A stretch of DNA of 32,000 nt from Nostoc punctiforme PCC 73102 (lineage in GTDB: Bacteria > Cyanobacteriota > Cyanobacteriia > Cyanobacteriales > Nostocaceae), in NCBI RefSeq assembly GCF_000020025.1, contig NC_010628.1:2430001-2462000 (forward strand), in the 5' to 3' direction. How positions within the stretch are numbered: the first letter of the stretch is position 1; each line of letters begins with the position of its first letter. The notes under the pieces are model-generated. The model worked only from the letters and a program-made list of their open reading frames with translations, did no database searches and was not told the DNA's origin. Positions 1 through 8,920 of this stretch are shown in pieces. The translations under genes were made by a program, and so were the position numbers.

Positions 1-228
1 TTGACAACTGTATCGAACGCTTGCTGATGAAATGCAGCGATTTCTTTTCGACCCTTGAGATGTGTGCCCTCGAACGTGATGAAATCAGCAGTTTCGCTGA
101 ATGGGGCAGCGAAGCCTTCGCCGCTACCTCGATTCCAAGCATCAATCATCTGGCGATGAAAAGCACGGATTGCCGACTCGTCAGCAGTAGTGGTGGTTTG
201 ATCTGTTTGTAAATTCATAGTTTTGAGT
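1..228 (-). CDS. SnoaL/NTF2-like (SgcJ/EcaC-type) small protein, C-terminus cut by the window edge
   Basis: Absent from the ORF track because it runs off the edge. The reverse-strand ATG is at 228-226, preceded by AAGGAAAA. My translation is MNLQTDQTTTTADESAIRAFHRQMIDAWNRGSGEGFAAPFSETADFITFEGTHLKGRKEIAAFHQQAFDTVV. The IRAFH..M.DAWNRG..E.FA..F.E.ADFI pattern is typical of NTF2-fold SgcJ/EcaC proteins. It lies 26 nt downstream of the SDR gene on the same strand. Confidence 0.7.
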
Positions 229-254
229 TTTCCTTTTAAGTGATAGACCAGTTC

Positions 255-1166
255 TCAAGCGAGCAGACGCAACGATTCCTCCCAAAGGCGATCGGCGTTG
301 TTCGTGTTGAGGGCGTAGGGAGCAACACCACTGTAGTCTTTGGTTTGCTGGGTAACGATCGTAGCTTCGTTGCAGTCCTCGAAGTAGCGACCACCAATGC
401 CTTCCACTAAGGGGGAGGTTGCCAGCAGAATTGAAGTGGCAGCACCCTGCTCTGGTGTTTTTTGCAATTCTGCCGGGGTCTGGATACCACCAACGTGGCG
501 TTGGAGATTGGTGGCGATCGCCCCAGGCATCAAAGCATTGGCAGTAATGCCATCCCTGAACCAGCGCCCAGTACCAGCGACAGCGAAGAGTACGTTCGCT
601 GTTTTGGACTGCCCGTATGCCAACCACGGATCATAGGGACGGAACGCGAAGTGGATATCATCGAATACAATCGGCGAGAGCATGTGGGCGCTAGAACTGA
701 CAGACACGATGCGCGCAGCACCGTCCGCCGCCAGAGCATCGTGGAGTCCGAGTGTTAGAGCGAAGTGTCCGAGGTGGTTGGTGGCAAACTGCATCTCCCA
801 ACCTTCGGGTGTGTGCTGTTCAGGCAATGCCATTACCCCTGCGTTGTTGACGAGGATATGTAGTGGTTCATTCCACGCGGCAATGAATTTAGCGATCGCT
901 CCTCGGTCGGTCAGGTCAAGTTTGGCGACGTGAATATTTTGATTCCCAGTGATAGCAGTGATGTCAGCCGCCGTCTTTGCCCCAGCATCGACGTTATGCA
1001 CAGCCAACGTAACTTCGGCTCCAGCGTGAGCCAACGCCCGCGCCGTTTCTACACCGATACCCGATGCTGCTCCCGTGACGATCGCCCGTTTGCCAGAGAG
1101 ATCGATTCCCTGTGCTACCTCAGAGGCGGTAGAGTGCCGTCCAAATGGTGTGGTAATTCGTGCCAT
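255..1166 (-). CDS. Short-chain dehydrogenase/reductase (SDR) family oxidoreductase
   Basis: 303-aa ORF with the Rossmann motif AIVTGAASGIGVETARAL, an NNAG motif (LVNNAGVM), and a downstream YGQSK (YxxxK) catalytic motif. The overlapping opposite-strand ORFs are shadow ORFs. Confidence 0.9.
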   Translation of the reverse strand: MARITTPFGRHSTASEVAQGIDLSGKRAIVTGAASGIGVETARALAHAGAEVTLAVHNVDAGAKTAADITAITGNQNIHVAKLDLTDRGAIAKFIAAWNEPLHILVNNAGVMALPEQHTPEGWEMQFATNHLGHFALTLGLHDALAADGAARIVSVSSSAHMLSPIVFDDIHFAFRPYDPWLAYGQSKTANVLFAVAGTGRWFRDGITANALMPGAIATNLQRHVGGIQTPAELQKTPEQGAATSILLATSPLVEGIGGRYFEDCNEATIVTQQTKDYSGVAPYALNTNNADRLWEESLRLLA

Positions 1167-1285
1167 TGCGTGTTCCTTTCTTTATAGATGTTAGGAGCGA
1201 TCGCTGACTTCTAGATAAGTTGAGTTGGCTGGATTTTGTACTTTGTGCTTAACGAGAAGAGTTTGTCGAGTGCAACTTGTTTTAA

Positions 1286-2290
1286 TAGAGTTGTCGGGAA
1301 ATAAAAGATAAGTGAGGCAATGCTGGTCTTGTAATTGGGATTCTCTTAAGCAGCCATCAAGTAGAAGTTCCATAATCCTGCTGCGGTCAGCATCAAATGG
1401 TCATCAAAGTTTTCAATCCGATTACGATAAATGACACTGGCGGCGTTGTAGCGCTTCACACCAGCAAAGGCATTTTCGCAAACTACACGGGATTGACTCA
1501 ATTGACGATTCTCCGTTTTTTGAAGGTCACTTAACTTGCCCCCTTTGGGCTTTTTGTGAGGAAGATGGAGATTGTCATACTGCTTCTGTAATCCCTGAAA
1601 GCCCGAGTCTACTTCAATCGGAATTTCATCAGGCACACTACCTGCAATGTCATCTTCGTCATGAAAACGTTTGTCATGCAGTTTGCCTTCTCGTGCTTTG
1701 CTTAAGATCAAGACCCGTTTGGTTTCATCAACTGCCGCCAAGTGTTTACGCGTATGACGTTTCTTTTTACCGGAGTAATTCTGTTGTTGTTGTTCTCTTT
1801 CTTGAGGTCGCGCAATTGGGCGTTCTGTCCCATCAATCATCACTCGTTGCACTCCTGGAAAGCGTGACAAAAATGCTTCAATGCTTTCGAGATGGCGTTC
1901 CGGCAGCGCCATCTTCTGTCCCAAAGCCGCTTCTAATATTGGCTGCAATCGATGCATCCACTCATGTGCCTGGGAGCGATGCATATCAAAGAGCAGTCCC
2001 GCCACATCAAAGGTCGGATAACATTTGAAATAGAAAAGGATGAAAAACAATTTGTCTTGGGCTGTAAGTAAGCGGGCTTTGCGTCCTCCACCCAGGCCAC
2101 GTTGACGAGGCTTGGCCTGTTGAGTATCTAGGTACATCGTGGTAAACGTGGGCAAAAGGGCATCAAATGCTTTCCGGTTCAACCCAGTTAATGCCCTCAA
2201 CAGTCGGTCTTGCTTCAGCGCACCTTCAATATTCAGCATCATTCTTCCCTACCACTGCTGTCTATTCTCTCTTATTTCCCGACAAGTCTA
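1286..2290 (-). mobile_element. IS5-family insertion sequence (DDE_Tnp_4 / Harbinger-like transposase), copy 1, intact ORF
   Basis: About 1005 bp with terminal inverted repeats TAGAGTTGTCGGGAAATAA (1286-1304) and TTATTTCCCGACAAGTCTA (2272-2290), 18/19 complementary. A near-identical second copy lies at 14761-15764. The exact termini and target duplication are ambiguous in the A/T-rich flanks. Confidence 0.85.
1346..2242 (-). CDS. IS5-family DDE transposase (HTH_Tnp_4 + DDE_Tnp_4 type)
   Basis: 298-aa ORF. The motifs DGTERPIARP, YSGKKKRHTRKH and the C-terminal SRVVCENAFAGVKRY are characteristic of DDE_Tnp_4 transposases. It is flanked by the IRs above. Confidence 0.9.
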   Translation of the reverse strand: MMLNIEGALKQDRLLRALTGLNRKAFDALLPTFTTMYLDTQQAKPRQRGLGGGRKARLLTAQDKLFFILFYFKCYPTFDVAGLLFDMHRSQAHEWMHRLQPILEAALGQKMALPERHLESIEAFLSRFPGVQRVMIDGTERPIARPQEREQQQQNYSGKKKRHTRKHLAAVDETKRVLILSKAREGKLHDKRFHDEDDIAGSVPDEIPIEVDSGFQGLQKQYDNLHLPHKKPKGGKLSDLQKTENRQLSQSRVVCENAFAGVKRYNAASVIYRNRIENFDDHLMLTAAGLWNFYLMAA

Positions 2291-2469
2291 TTACTTCGGT
2301 TCAAGAGTGGATGTCTGCTGACACTGGTGATTGGATTTGTCCGATTGATTTTGCTCCAATCGTGTGGAATCAGTTAATCAATAAATGTAGCTCCCAGTTT
2401 AAAACCTTATACCCCTCTACCCAGTCATAGGAAGAGTTTCAAGTTATCAACTGTGCCATAGCTGATGAT

Positions 2470-3120
2470 CTATTGAGTAGTGCTAATAGCAGATTTCAAT
2501 TGAAGTTTAATATTTGTACCTTTTTTAAGGGCAACTTCTCCACCAGGGCTAGACAAAACAAAAGCAGCCGCAGCTGCACCACCTGCGAGCCCACCATGCT
2601 TGAACTTGGCTTGATTACCAAGAAAATGACCTGCAATTGTACCACCTAAAATAATCCCTGTATTTTGAATGAACTTACCTTTGGTTTTTGTTTCTAACTT
2701 GGTGTTTACTAAAGTTGCATCAATGGGATAAGATGAACCATTTTTAAGCGAAATATCATCAAAAACTAAATGTAAACTTGCTTTTTTTCCTTTAGCAGCT
2801 TTGACTACATCTTCCAGGTGTCCCTGTATTTGACCTTCTTGAAGAACTTTATTAACTCCGGTTGAGGAATTCTTGATTTCTAAAACAAAGCGGTCATTAT
2901 TTTGGCTTTTACTCGTAGATATCTCTTGTTGAAGAACAGTCTCAAAACTTGTTCCAGCAGGTACAGATATTTGTTGATTATTTGGTTGACTAGATGTGCC
3001 TTCAGGAAGCGCAGTTTTATTGCTACTAGAAGTATTGTCAGTCTGGGTATTAGTTTTATTACAACTTGATGTGCTACTTAATAAAATAACACTCAATAAC
3101 AATGGCAACAGATTTTTCAT
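2470..3120 (-). CDS. Putative lipoprotein, unknown function, with a Gly/Ala-rich C-terminal segment
   Basis: 216-aa ORF. The N-terminus MKNLLPLLLSVILLSSTSSC looks like a signal peptide with a lipobox-like Cys, followed by a low-complexity S/T/N/Q linker. The C-terminal GGLAGGAAAAAF segment is glycine-zipper-like. The gene is AT-rich and I saw no HIP1 in it. Confidence 0.6.
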   Translation of the reverse strand: MKNLLPLLLSVILLSSTSSCNKTNTQTDNTSSSNKTALPEGTSSQPNNQQISVPAGTSFETVLQQEISTSKSQNNDRFVLEIKNSSTGVNKVLQEGQIQGHLEDVVKAAKGKKASLHLVFDDISLKNGSSYPIDATLVNTKLETKTKGKFIQNTGIILGGTIAGHFLGNQAKFKHGGLAGGAAAAAFVLSSPGGEVALKKGTNIKLQLKSAISTTQ

Positions 3121-3387
3121 AGCGACGATGTTGATGTAATGAATAATAACAATACAATCTTTTCAGGGTTTTTCGGTTATTTTTATGGAAAACCTGGCTC
3201 AAAATCCTTGAAAGCCTTATTCTGTAAGTATTTCATTTAAAACAAAGTTATAATTCTTTATAACCCTTACCCCATCTGACTTTTCACGGGAAGTACTGAA
3301 ACCCTCCTCAAGGCTGATTGCATTCTCAAAGTCATCGCTTCTACACCGCTTGTCTATTTTGGGAATTATTTTATCTGAGCTAAAATT

Positions 3388-3421
3388 CTTTTACTTTGGT
3401 TCTACTTTTACTTTGGTTCCA
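3388..3421. repeat. Tandem 2 x 17-bp duplication spanning the stop codon of the 3408-4169 gene
   Basis: CTTTTACTTTGGTTCTA (3388-3404) is followed by CTTTTACTTTGGTTCCA (3405-3421), 16/17 identical. On the coding strand this repeats the last codons VEPK plus the stop. Confidence 0.85.
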
Positions 3422-4169
3422 CTCTCAGATAAAACTGCGTACCTACAAACAGAGTACCTCTCTTGGTTGGATCTACGTTTTCTACTACCTCAGTTTTACC
3501 TACAGCAATCAAACCTAGACCAAAAATTTCGCTTGTTGCTGCGTCAAGTTGTTTTTGTGTTGCACCCGTTTGACTCAAATCGATTGACGAAACTGGAGAA
3601 ATCTTCGGCTTATTTAGAACCAGATTATCTGTGGAGAAGCAAGGAGTTGTGATGCAACGAATGCCATTGTCTTTTAGTGCCACAAAAGTACCATTTGCTG
3701 GGGCATTTGTCGCGGCATAGAAGGCTTCTTTTACTCTCAAATTCCCAAACTCACCGAAGAGAGGAAATGTTACTGGAACGATGCTACCTCTGAGAATCAC
3801 ACGGCTACCATCATCATTTTGAATTTTTACCAGTTGGTAAGGTGAAACTTTCAGAGAACTCCAATCAATTGCAGACACATAACATTCGGAGCGAAAAACA
3901 CCATCTAAGCAAGGAGTCGCTTTCAAGTTGACTTGTTTGATAAAATATCCACCGCATATTGGAGAAGCACATCTGCGAAAATCTCTCCGTATCGTGTAAT
4001 ATCCCCACTGTGGAAACTTTTGGTTTTTGACAGTGGCGGCAACAGAATCAGTAGTCTCTGGAGCAGAAATATTTTGCGCCCATACTTTGGAGAAAAATGC
4101 GTTGGTGACTATTATTGCACCTAATAGAGGAATAATTGAGGCTTTGTAGTTCAATGATTGTTTGTTCAT
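3408..4169 (-). CDS. Secreted Cys-containing hypothetical protein
   Basis: The track ORF is 3408-4238. I prefer the internal ATG at 4169, which gives MNKQSLNYKASIIPLLGAIIVTNAFFSKVWA, a signal peptide with an AxA-like site. The mature part has paired Cys motifs (RRCASPICGGYF, TPCLDG..SECYV, IRCITTPCF). I did not recognise a family with confidence. Confidence 0.6.
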   Translation of the reverse strand: MNKQSLNYKASIIPLLGAIIVTNAFFSKVWAQNISAPETTDSVAATVKNQKFPQWGYYTIRRDFRRCASPICGGYFIKQVNLKATPCLDGVFRSECYVSAIDWSSLKVSPYQLVKIQNDDGSRVILRGSIVPVTFPLFGEFGNLRVKEAFYAATNAPANGTFVALKDNGIRCITTPCFSTDNLVLNKPKISPVSSIDLSQTGATQKQLDAATSEIFGLGLIAVGKTEVVENVDPTKRGTLFVGTQFYLRVEPK

Positions 4170-4439
4170 GGTAACTTTAGATTTTATTTGAGGATTCAAT
4201 ACTTTTGTTAAGAGCAGAGTTGACAACATTTTTAGCAAAAACTGCCAAAATTACCTATATACAAACTCGTAGTTGATAAGGTAAGTTGGAATACTATAAC
4301 TCTTACACTACTGACAATAGGTTAAAAAACCTTACAGGAAACCTTAAAGGAATTTTAAGGACTCTAGAACTTACGAATTGACAGAAAACTATCTATGTGC
4401 ATTCAAGCCCACCTTTTGTTTAAGGTGTTCTAGGATGAA

Positions 4440-5035
4440 GTCACGAGCGACCTGAAGTTAGTAATTGCTCTGATTGTCCGAACCCTAAACACAGCCATCT
4501 ACTGATACACCTATTCATCACGGAGCGATCGTCAAACTTTTCGGTCTACTGATTGTAGCTGTAAGGTTGACTTCCGATCCAAGTCATGTGGCGGCGTTGA
4601 GCGCAGTCTTGACGCTAAGTTGGCCGATTTTCGCCCTACCTGGGGGCATTATTTCAGATCGCAGAGACAGGAAATGGTTGATGGTTTGGGCCAACATAGC
4701 ACGAGCGGTAGCAATGGTACTGCTTGCACTAGCGGCAACTACTGAAGATCTAACTATCTGGACTTTGTATGCGATCGCTTTTGGGCTGGGTGCAAGTGAG
4801 ACACTCGCGGATACGGCAGGGATGGCAATTGTCCCAGCAGTGGTGAAGCGCTCAAGACTTAGATTGAACTAATGGACTGGCTGAGGGAGTCAGAACTATC
4901 GCTAACGATTTCATTGGACCACCCCTAGCAGGAGCACTGCTAACAACAGGTTTTGTACTACTTAGTTTTTTGAGCTGCCTGGGCTACTTGGGAGCTGCAT
5001 TTGCACTATTGCCCATGCATGGGTGCTATCGCTAA
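4440..5035 (+). pseudogene. MFS transporter remnant (EntS/MFS_3-like), truncated and frameshifted
   Basis: ORF 4567-4872 reads LPGGIISDRRDRKWLMVWANIARAVAMVLLALA.., which is an MFS TM2-3 loop. After its stop, a different frame continues GLAEGVRTIANDFIGPPLAGALLTTGFVLLSFLSCLGYLGAAFALL and stops at 5035. Only about 190 codons of a normally roughly 400-aa protein remain. The 5' boundary is approximate. Confidence 0.6.
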
Positions 5036-5230
5036 ATCATTTTATCAGTAGTAAGAATAAATTTATATTTTTTAAACCGTATTAACGCTTAAAGAGGAAA
5101 GATGAGTTTGAGTTACAACTTGCAAAACTCTCTTTTTTGACCCAAAACAAGCTAGGATTTCCTTTGAGTAATAATTTCGAGACAGGGATTATCTACCTTA
5201 ATAGAAAAAAATATATGTGCAACTTTAGAT

Positions 5231-6665
5231 TTGAGTAAATCATTATCAAACTTTTCTTCGCAGGTAACAAAACATTTAGAATTGACAAACATCACGGAAT
5301 TGAATGGAAAAATTGTTGAAGAAAGAGAAAGAGGAATTAGAGAACTTGCACTTATTTTAGCTGGTCAATGTATTGCTATTTTGTTGTATAACCTTTCACA
5401 ATCTCAGTCAGCTAATCAAACAGCTATGAATAAAACAAAAGGCTGGTGGGATGGCAATATGCAAAATCACGGTTATAGAAAGCGACAAATATTAACAGTT
5501 GGAAACGTTTTAATTAATTTAAATTTACCATATATGGTAAAGAAAAAGTCAACAAACCAGACCACAAATAAAATAGCAATTCAAGGATTCTGTCCCTTAT
5601 TAAAGTGGTTGGGAATGTCATCCGGCTTAACCCCATTAGTATGGTCAACAGTTGCCCAATACGGTGCAATTACTAGCTCATTTGAAGCCGCTTGTACAAC
5701 TTTGATGGGTTGGGGAATTAACCTTAGCTTAAAACGAATTGAACGTTTAACATATAAATTTGGTCAAATTGGGATCAACTTACGCCAATCTAAAATCTTA
5801 AATCGCCAATTAGGGAATTTAGCTGAAGGTAATATTCTTAAAGACCAAAGAGAAGTCAAAAGCCGTAGATGGTGGTCGGAGTAAAATCCGAATTAATAAA
5901 AAGGGGAGAAAAAACTCCAAAACTAAGTGACACGGGTTTATTGGCAAATGGGTTGAGCCAAAGTTATTCACAATTTATGTTGTTGATGAGCAAGGTAAAA
6001 AAATAAATACTTCTGAAATTCCTATTACGAATGATGGCACTTATGAAGGATATAAAGCGCTTTTAGAGATTTTAGAAGCGGATTTAGTTGACTTGGGAAT
6101 TAGTCAAGCAGAACAAGTCTTATTAATCGGGGATGGAGCAGAGTGGATCTGGATACATATTCCCCCACTTTTGGCAAGATTAGGATGCCCAGTTGAAACT
6201 TATCAGCTATTCGATTTTTATCATGTTACGGAAAATTTAAAAGTATTTGCAGACGCGGCTTTTAATGAAGAAGTAGAGTCTAAAGAGTGGTTTGTAAAAG
6301 TTAGAAAGAGTTTAAAAAAAGGTAAAGCCAAAATTTTAATCAGCCAAATGGATGAGTTGATTGCTGTAGCTACCGGAGAGCGGTGTAAGATTATGGTCGT
6401 TAAGCGAAATTATATTTTAGATGCTTATCGTAAAGGGCGTTTAAATTATGATAAAGCAATAAATAAAAACCTCCCTCTTGGCAGTGGCGCGATTGAAAGT
6501 TTAATCCGCCAAGCTGTCAACTTAAGAATCAAGGGAAACAGTAAATTCTGGTTGAAAGAAAATGCAGAAATTATGTTACATCTGCGTTGTCAATGGATAG
6601 CTAAAAATTGGGATAATTTTTGTGGTTATATCTTTAATTCCTTTATTAAACCAAAAACTGCTTGA
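5231..6665 (+). pseudogene. ISKra4-like DDE transposase, decayed by multiple frameshifts
   Basis: Two track ORFs (5231-5884 and 6093-6665) plus bridging frames. VDGGRSKIRINKKG appears in a shifted frame at about 5865-5905, and GKWVEPKLFTIYVVDEQGK in another frame. The second ORF has LLIGDGAEWIW and the C-terminal LPLGSGAIESLIRQAVNLRIKGNSKFW motif. The family call is from memory of these motifs. The IS termini are not defined. Confidence 0.6.
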
Positions 6666-6884
6666 TAAATTTTATACTTTAGTTCTACTCTCAACTTCTT
6701 ATTTGATTTAATTAACACTAAATATAAAAGACTGATTGTAGATATTTTTGGTAACAATCGTCAAACGACTTGCTATTTATCTTTTTGAGATATCTCATCA
6801 AGATGAATTCTCGTGGCTAGCAGCACATATTTAGTAAATAAAGTCACTTCTTACTTAGATTTGATTTTTGCAATCGCTTACTTT

Positions 6885-7076
6885 TTACGCAATCTGACAA
6901 AACCGCATTGCTCGCATATTACTTTCATACTTCGGGCCTTGCTTAGTAGCTACAAAAGTCAGCCTGTTGTCTTGAGAAACTTTAGGTGCAGCAATTACGG
7001 CATTGCTGAAGTTGAAAATTGTGGTTGAGAGTAAACCGAGTAGGATAAGTGCTAGAAATTTGATTAAACGCATCAT
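6885..7076 (-). CDS. Possible small secreted protein (63 aa)
   Basis: The N-terminus MMRLIKFLALILLGLLSTTIFNFSNAVIAAP is signal-peptide-like. There is no recognisable family, the ORF is short, and an opposite-strand ORF overlaps it. Confidence 0.3.
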   Translation of the reverse strand: MMRLIKFLALILLGLLSTTIFNFSNAVIAAPKVSQDNRLTFVATKQGPKYESNMRAMRFCQIA

Positions 7077-7464
7077 AGTTAGTTATGAAAAATATGAACA
7101 GTTTTTAGTTTGAAAATTGAGAATGACCGAACAAGGTAACTTGATTTATCTAGTTGCAAAGCTTGATTCGCTAGCCGGAAATTTAACTAATAAAAAAGTA
7201 TTTCTATCTCTCCTGTGGGAGTATTTAGGGCTTGCTGAAAAAAAAGAAAAGGTTGCAGTCTCTAGATTCTCAGACCAAAGAAGTATATTCAGGTGCAAGA
7301 CAAGAAGGTAAAATAGCCCAAAATCCTTGCATCACAGTGGTTCGTCGCAGCATAGTGTATCATTATTAACTATGTACTGAAAAGAAGAATCAACTCCAAT
7401 TCCAGCAGAAAGTTTTGAGCTTCCATTTGAGGGAAAGTTATCATCAGATAATCGTTGGATAATT

Positions 7465-8913
7465 ATGGCCGATTTAATACCCTGGACAGAATTTGAGTCG
7501 GAATATTCTGCCGGATTCTCCGCAGAGATAGGGGCACCAGCAAAGTCATTTCGGATGGCGTTAGGTGCATTAATAATTAAAGAGAAACTAAGTATAAGCG
7601 ACAGGGAAACAGTAGAGCAAATCAAGGAGAATCCTTATTTACAGTACTTTATAGGGATGTCATCTTATAGTAACAAAACTCCATTTGACGCATCCATGTT
7701 AGTACATTTTCGAGAAAGAATCAGTGCAGAACTAGTCAATAATGTGAATCAAGAAATGGTTAAGAAGATGCTAGAGTTAGCATCTTCTATTGACACCGAA
7801 AAAAAACAGAAGACGCTCGCGAACTCGCTAACGCTGCGCTATCGACAGAAAAAGCAGCAGAACAAGGTAATACGCTAAGAAATCGAGGGAAATTAATATT
7901 AGATGCGACTTGTGTGCCTAGTGATATCAGCTATCCAACAGATTTAAACCTATTAAATCAAGCGAGAAAACAGACAGAAAGAATAATTGACTTGCTTTAT
8001 GAACAGATAAAGGGAATATTAGAGAAAAAACCAAGGACTTACCGAGAAATAGCTAGGAAAGACTACTTAGAAGTAGCTAAAAAACGTCGTGTATCTCAAA
8101 AAGAGAGGAGAAAAGCGATTAAAAAACAACTCCAATATATTAAAAGAAACTTATCCTATATTGACCAGCTAATTGTAGCAGGAGCATCTCTAAAAAGTTT
8201 AACTAATAGACAATATAAGATGTTGCTGGTAGTCGCAGAAGTATATCGTCAACAACTATGGCTGTATGAAAATAAAAAGCAGAGCATTGATGACCGTATT
8301 GTAAGTTTAAGCCAACCACATATCCGTCCAATTGTCCGAGGAAAAGCGGGTAAAGCCGTGGAATTTGGCGCTAAACTATCTGCTAGTTACTTTGATGGAT
8401 ATGCATTTTTAGACCATATTAGATGGGATAACTTTAATGAATCAGGAGACTTAAAAACACAAATAGAATCCTTTAAAAACTACACTGGATATTATCCAGA
8501 ATCTGTTCATGTTGATAAAATTTATCGCAAAGCGAGAAAACCGATCTTGGTGCAAAGAAAGAGGTATTAGAATCAGTGGAGTTCCTTTAGGAAGACCGCC
8601 AAAAAATGTGAGTAAAGAAAAAAAGAAGCAAGCTTTACAAGATGAGAGGATTCGTAATTGTATTGAAGGCAAATTTGGACAAGCTAAAAGAAGATTTAGC
8701 TTGAGTAGAGTAATGGCGAAACTTCCTCATACAACTCTAACTGTGATTGCTATTACTTTTTTAGTCATGAATCTTTCTACTCACCTGTCACGGTTTTTTT
8801 GTGCCTTTTTATGTCTATTTTGGAAAAATAGACATTTTTTAGCGATTGACATAACCAAGCATTATGATTTTGCTAGCTATAGGCAACAAAAACTTATCTT
8901 TGACCTTGCTTAA
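7465..8913 (+). pseudogene. IS5/IS1182-like transposase, split into three frames
   Basis: Track ORFs are 7465-7878, 7914-8570 and 8509-8913. The N-terminal DUF772-like part has IPWTEFESEY..SFRMALGALIIKEKLSISDRETVEQIKENPYLQYFIG. The DDE region has LDATCVPSDISYPTDLNLL, and the C-terminal motif is RNCIEGKFGQAKRRFSL. The frame changes occur at an A8 run (7799-7806) and at about 8529-8531. The reading frame is also open upstream of 7465, back to about 7390. Confidence 0.75.
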
Positions 8914-8920
8914 ATAACTA

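Noticed and set aside
21-212. Plus-strand 63-aa ORF at the window start.
   Set aside because: The opposite strand encodes a recognisable NTF2/SnoaL-like protein with an ATG, an RBS and operon context. The plus-strand ORF is a shadow.
181-1187. Several overlapping ORFs (181-627 minus, 397-636, 462-758, 530-739, 682-933, 930-1187).
   Set aside because: All of them overlap the well-supported SDR gene in a GC-rich region. They have no motifs and their composition (Arg/Ser/Cys/Trp-rich) is typical of out-of-frame translation.
1286-2290. A defined target-site duplication for the DDE_Tnp_4 IS copies.
   Set aside because: The flanks are A/T-rich (TTAA / TTAC and TTAA / ATAA). Several boundary choices give partial matches (TA, TAA/TTA, AAT), so none can be asserted from two copies.
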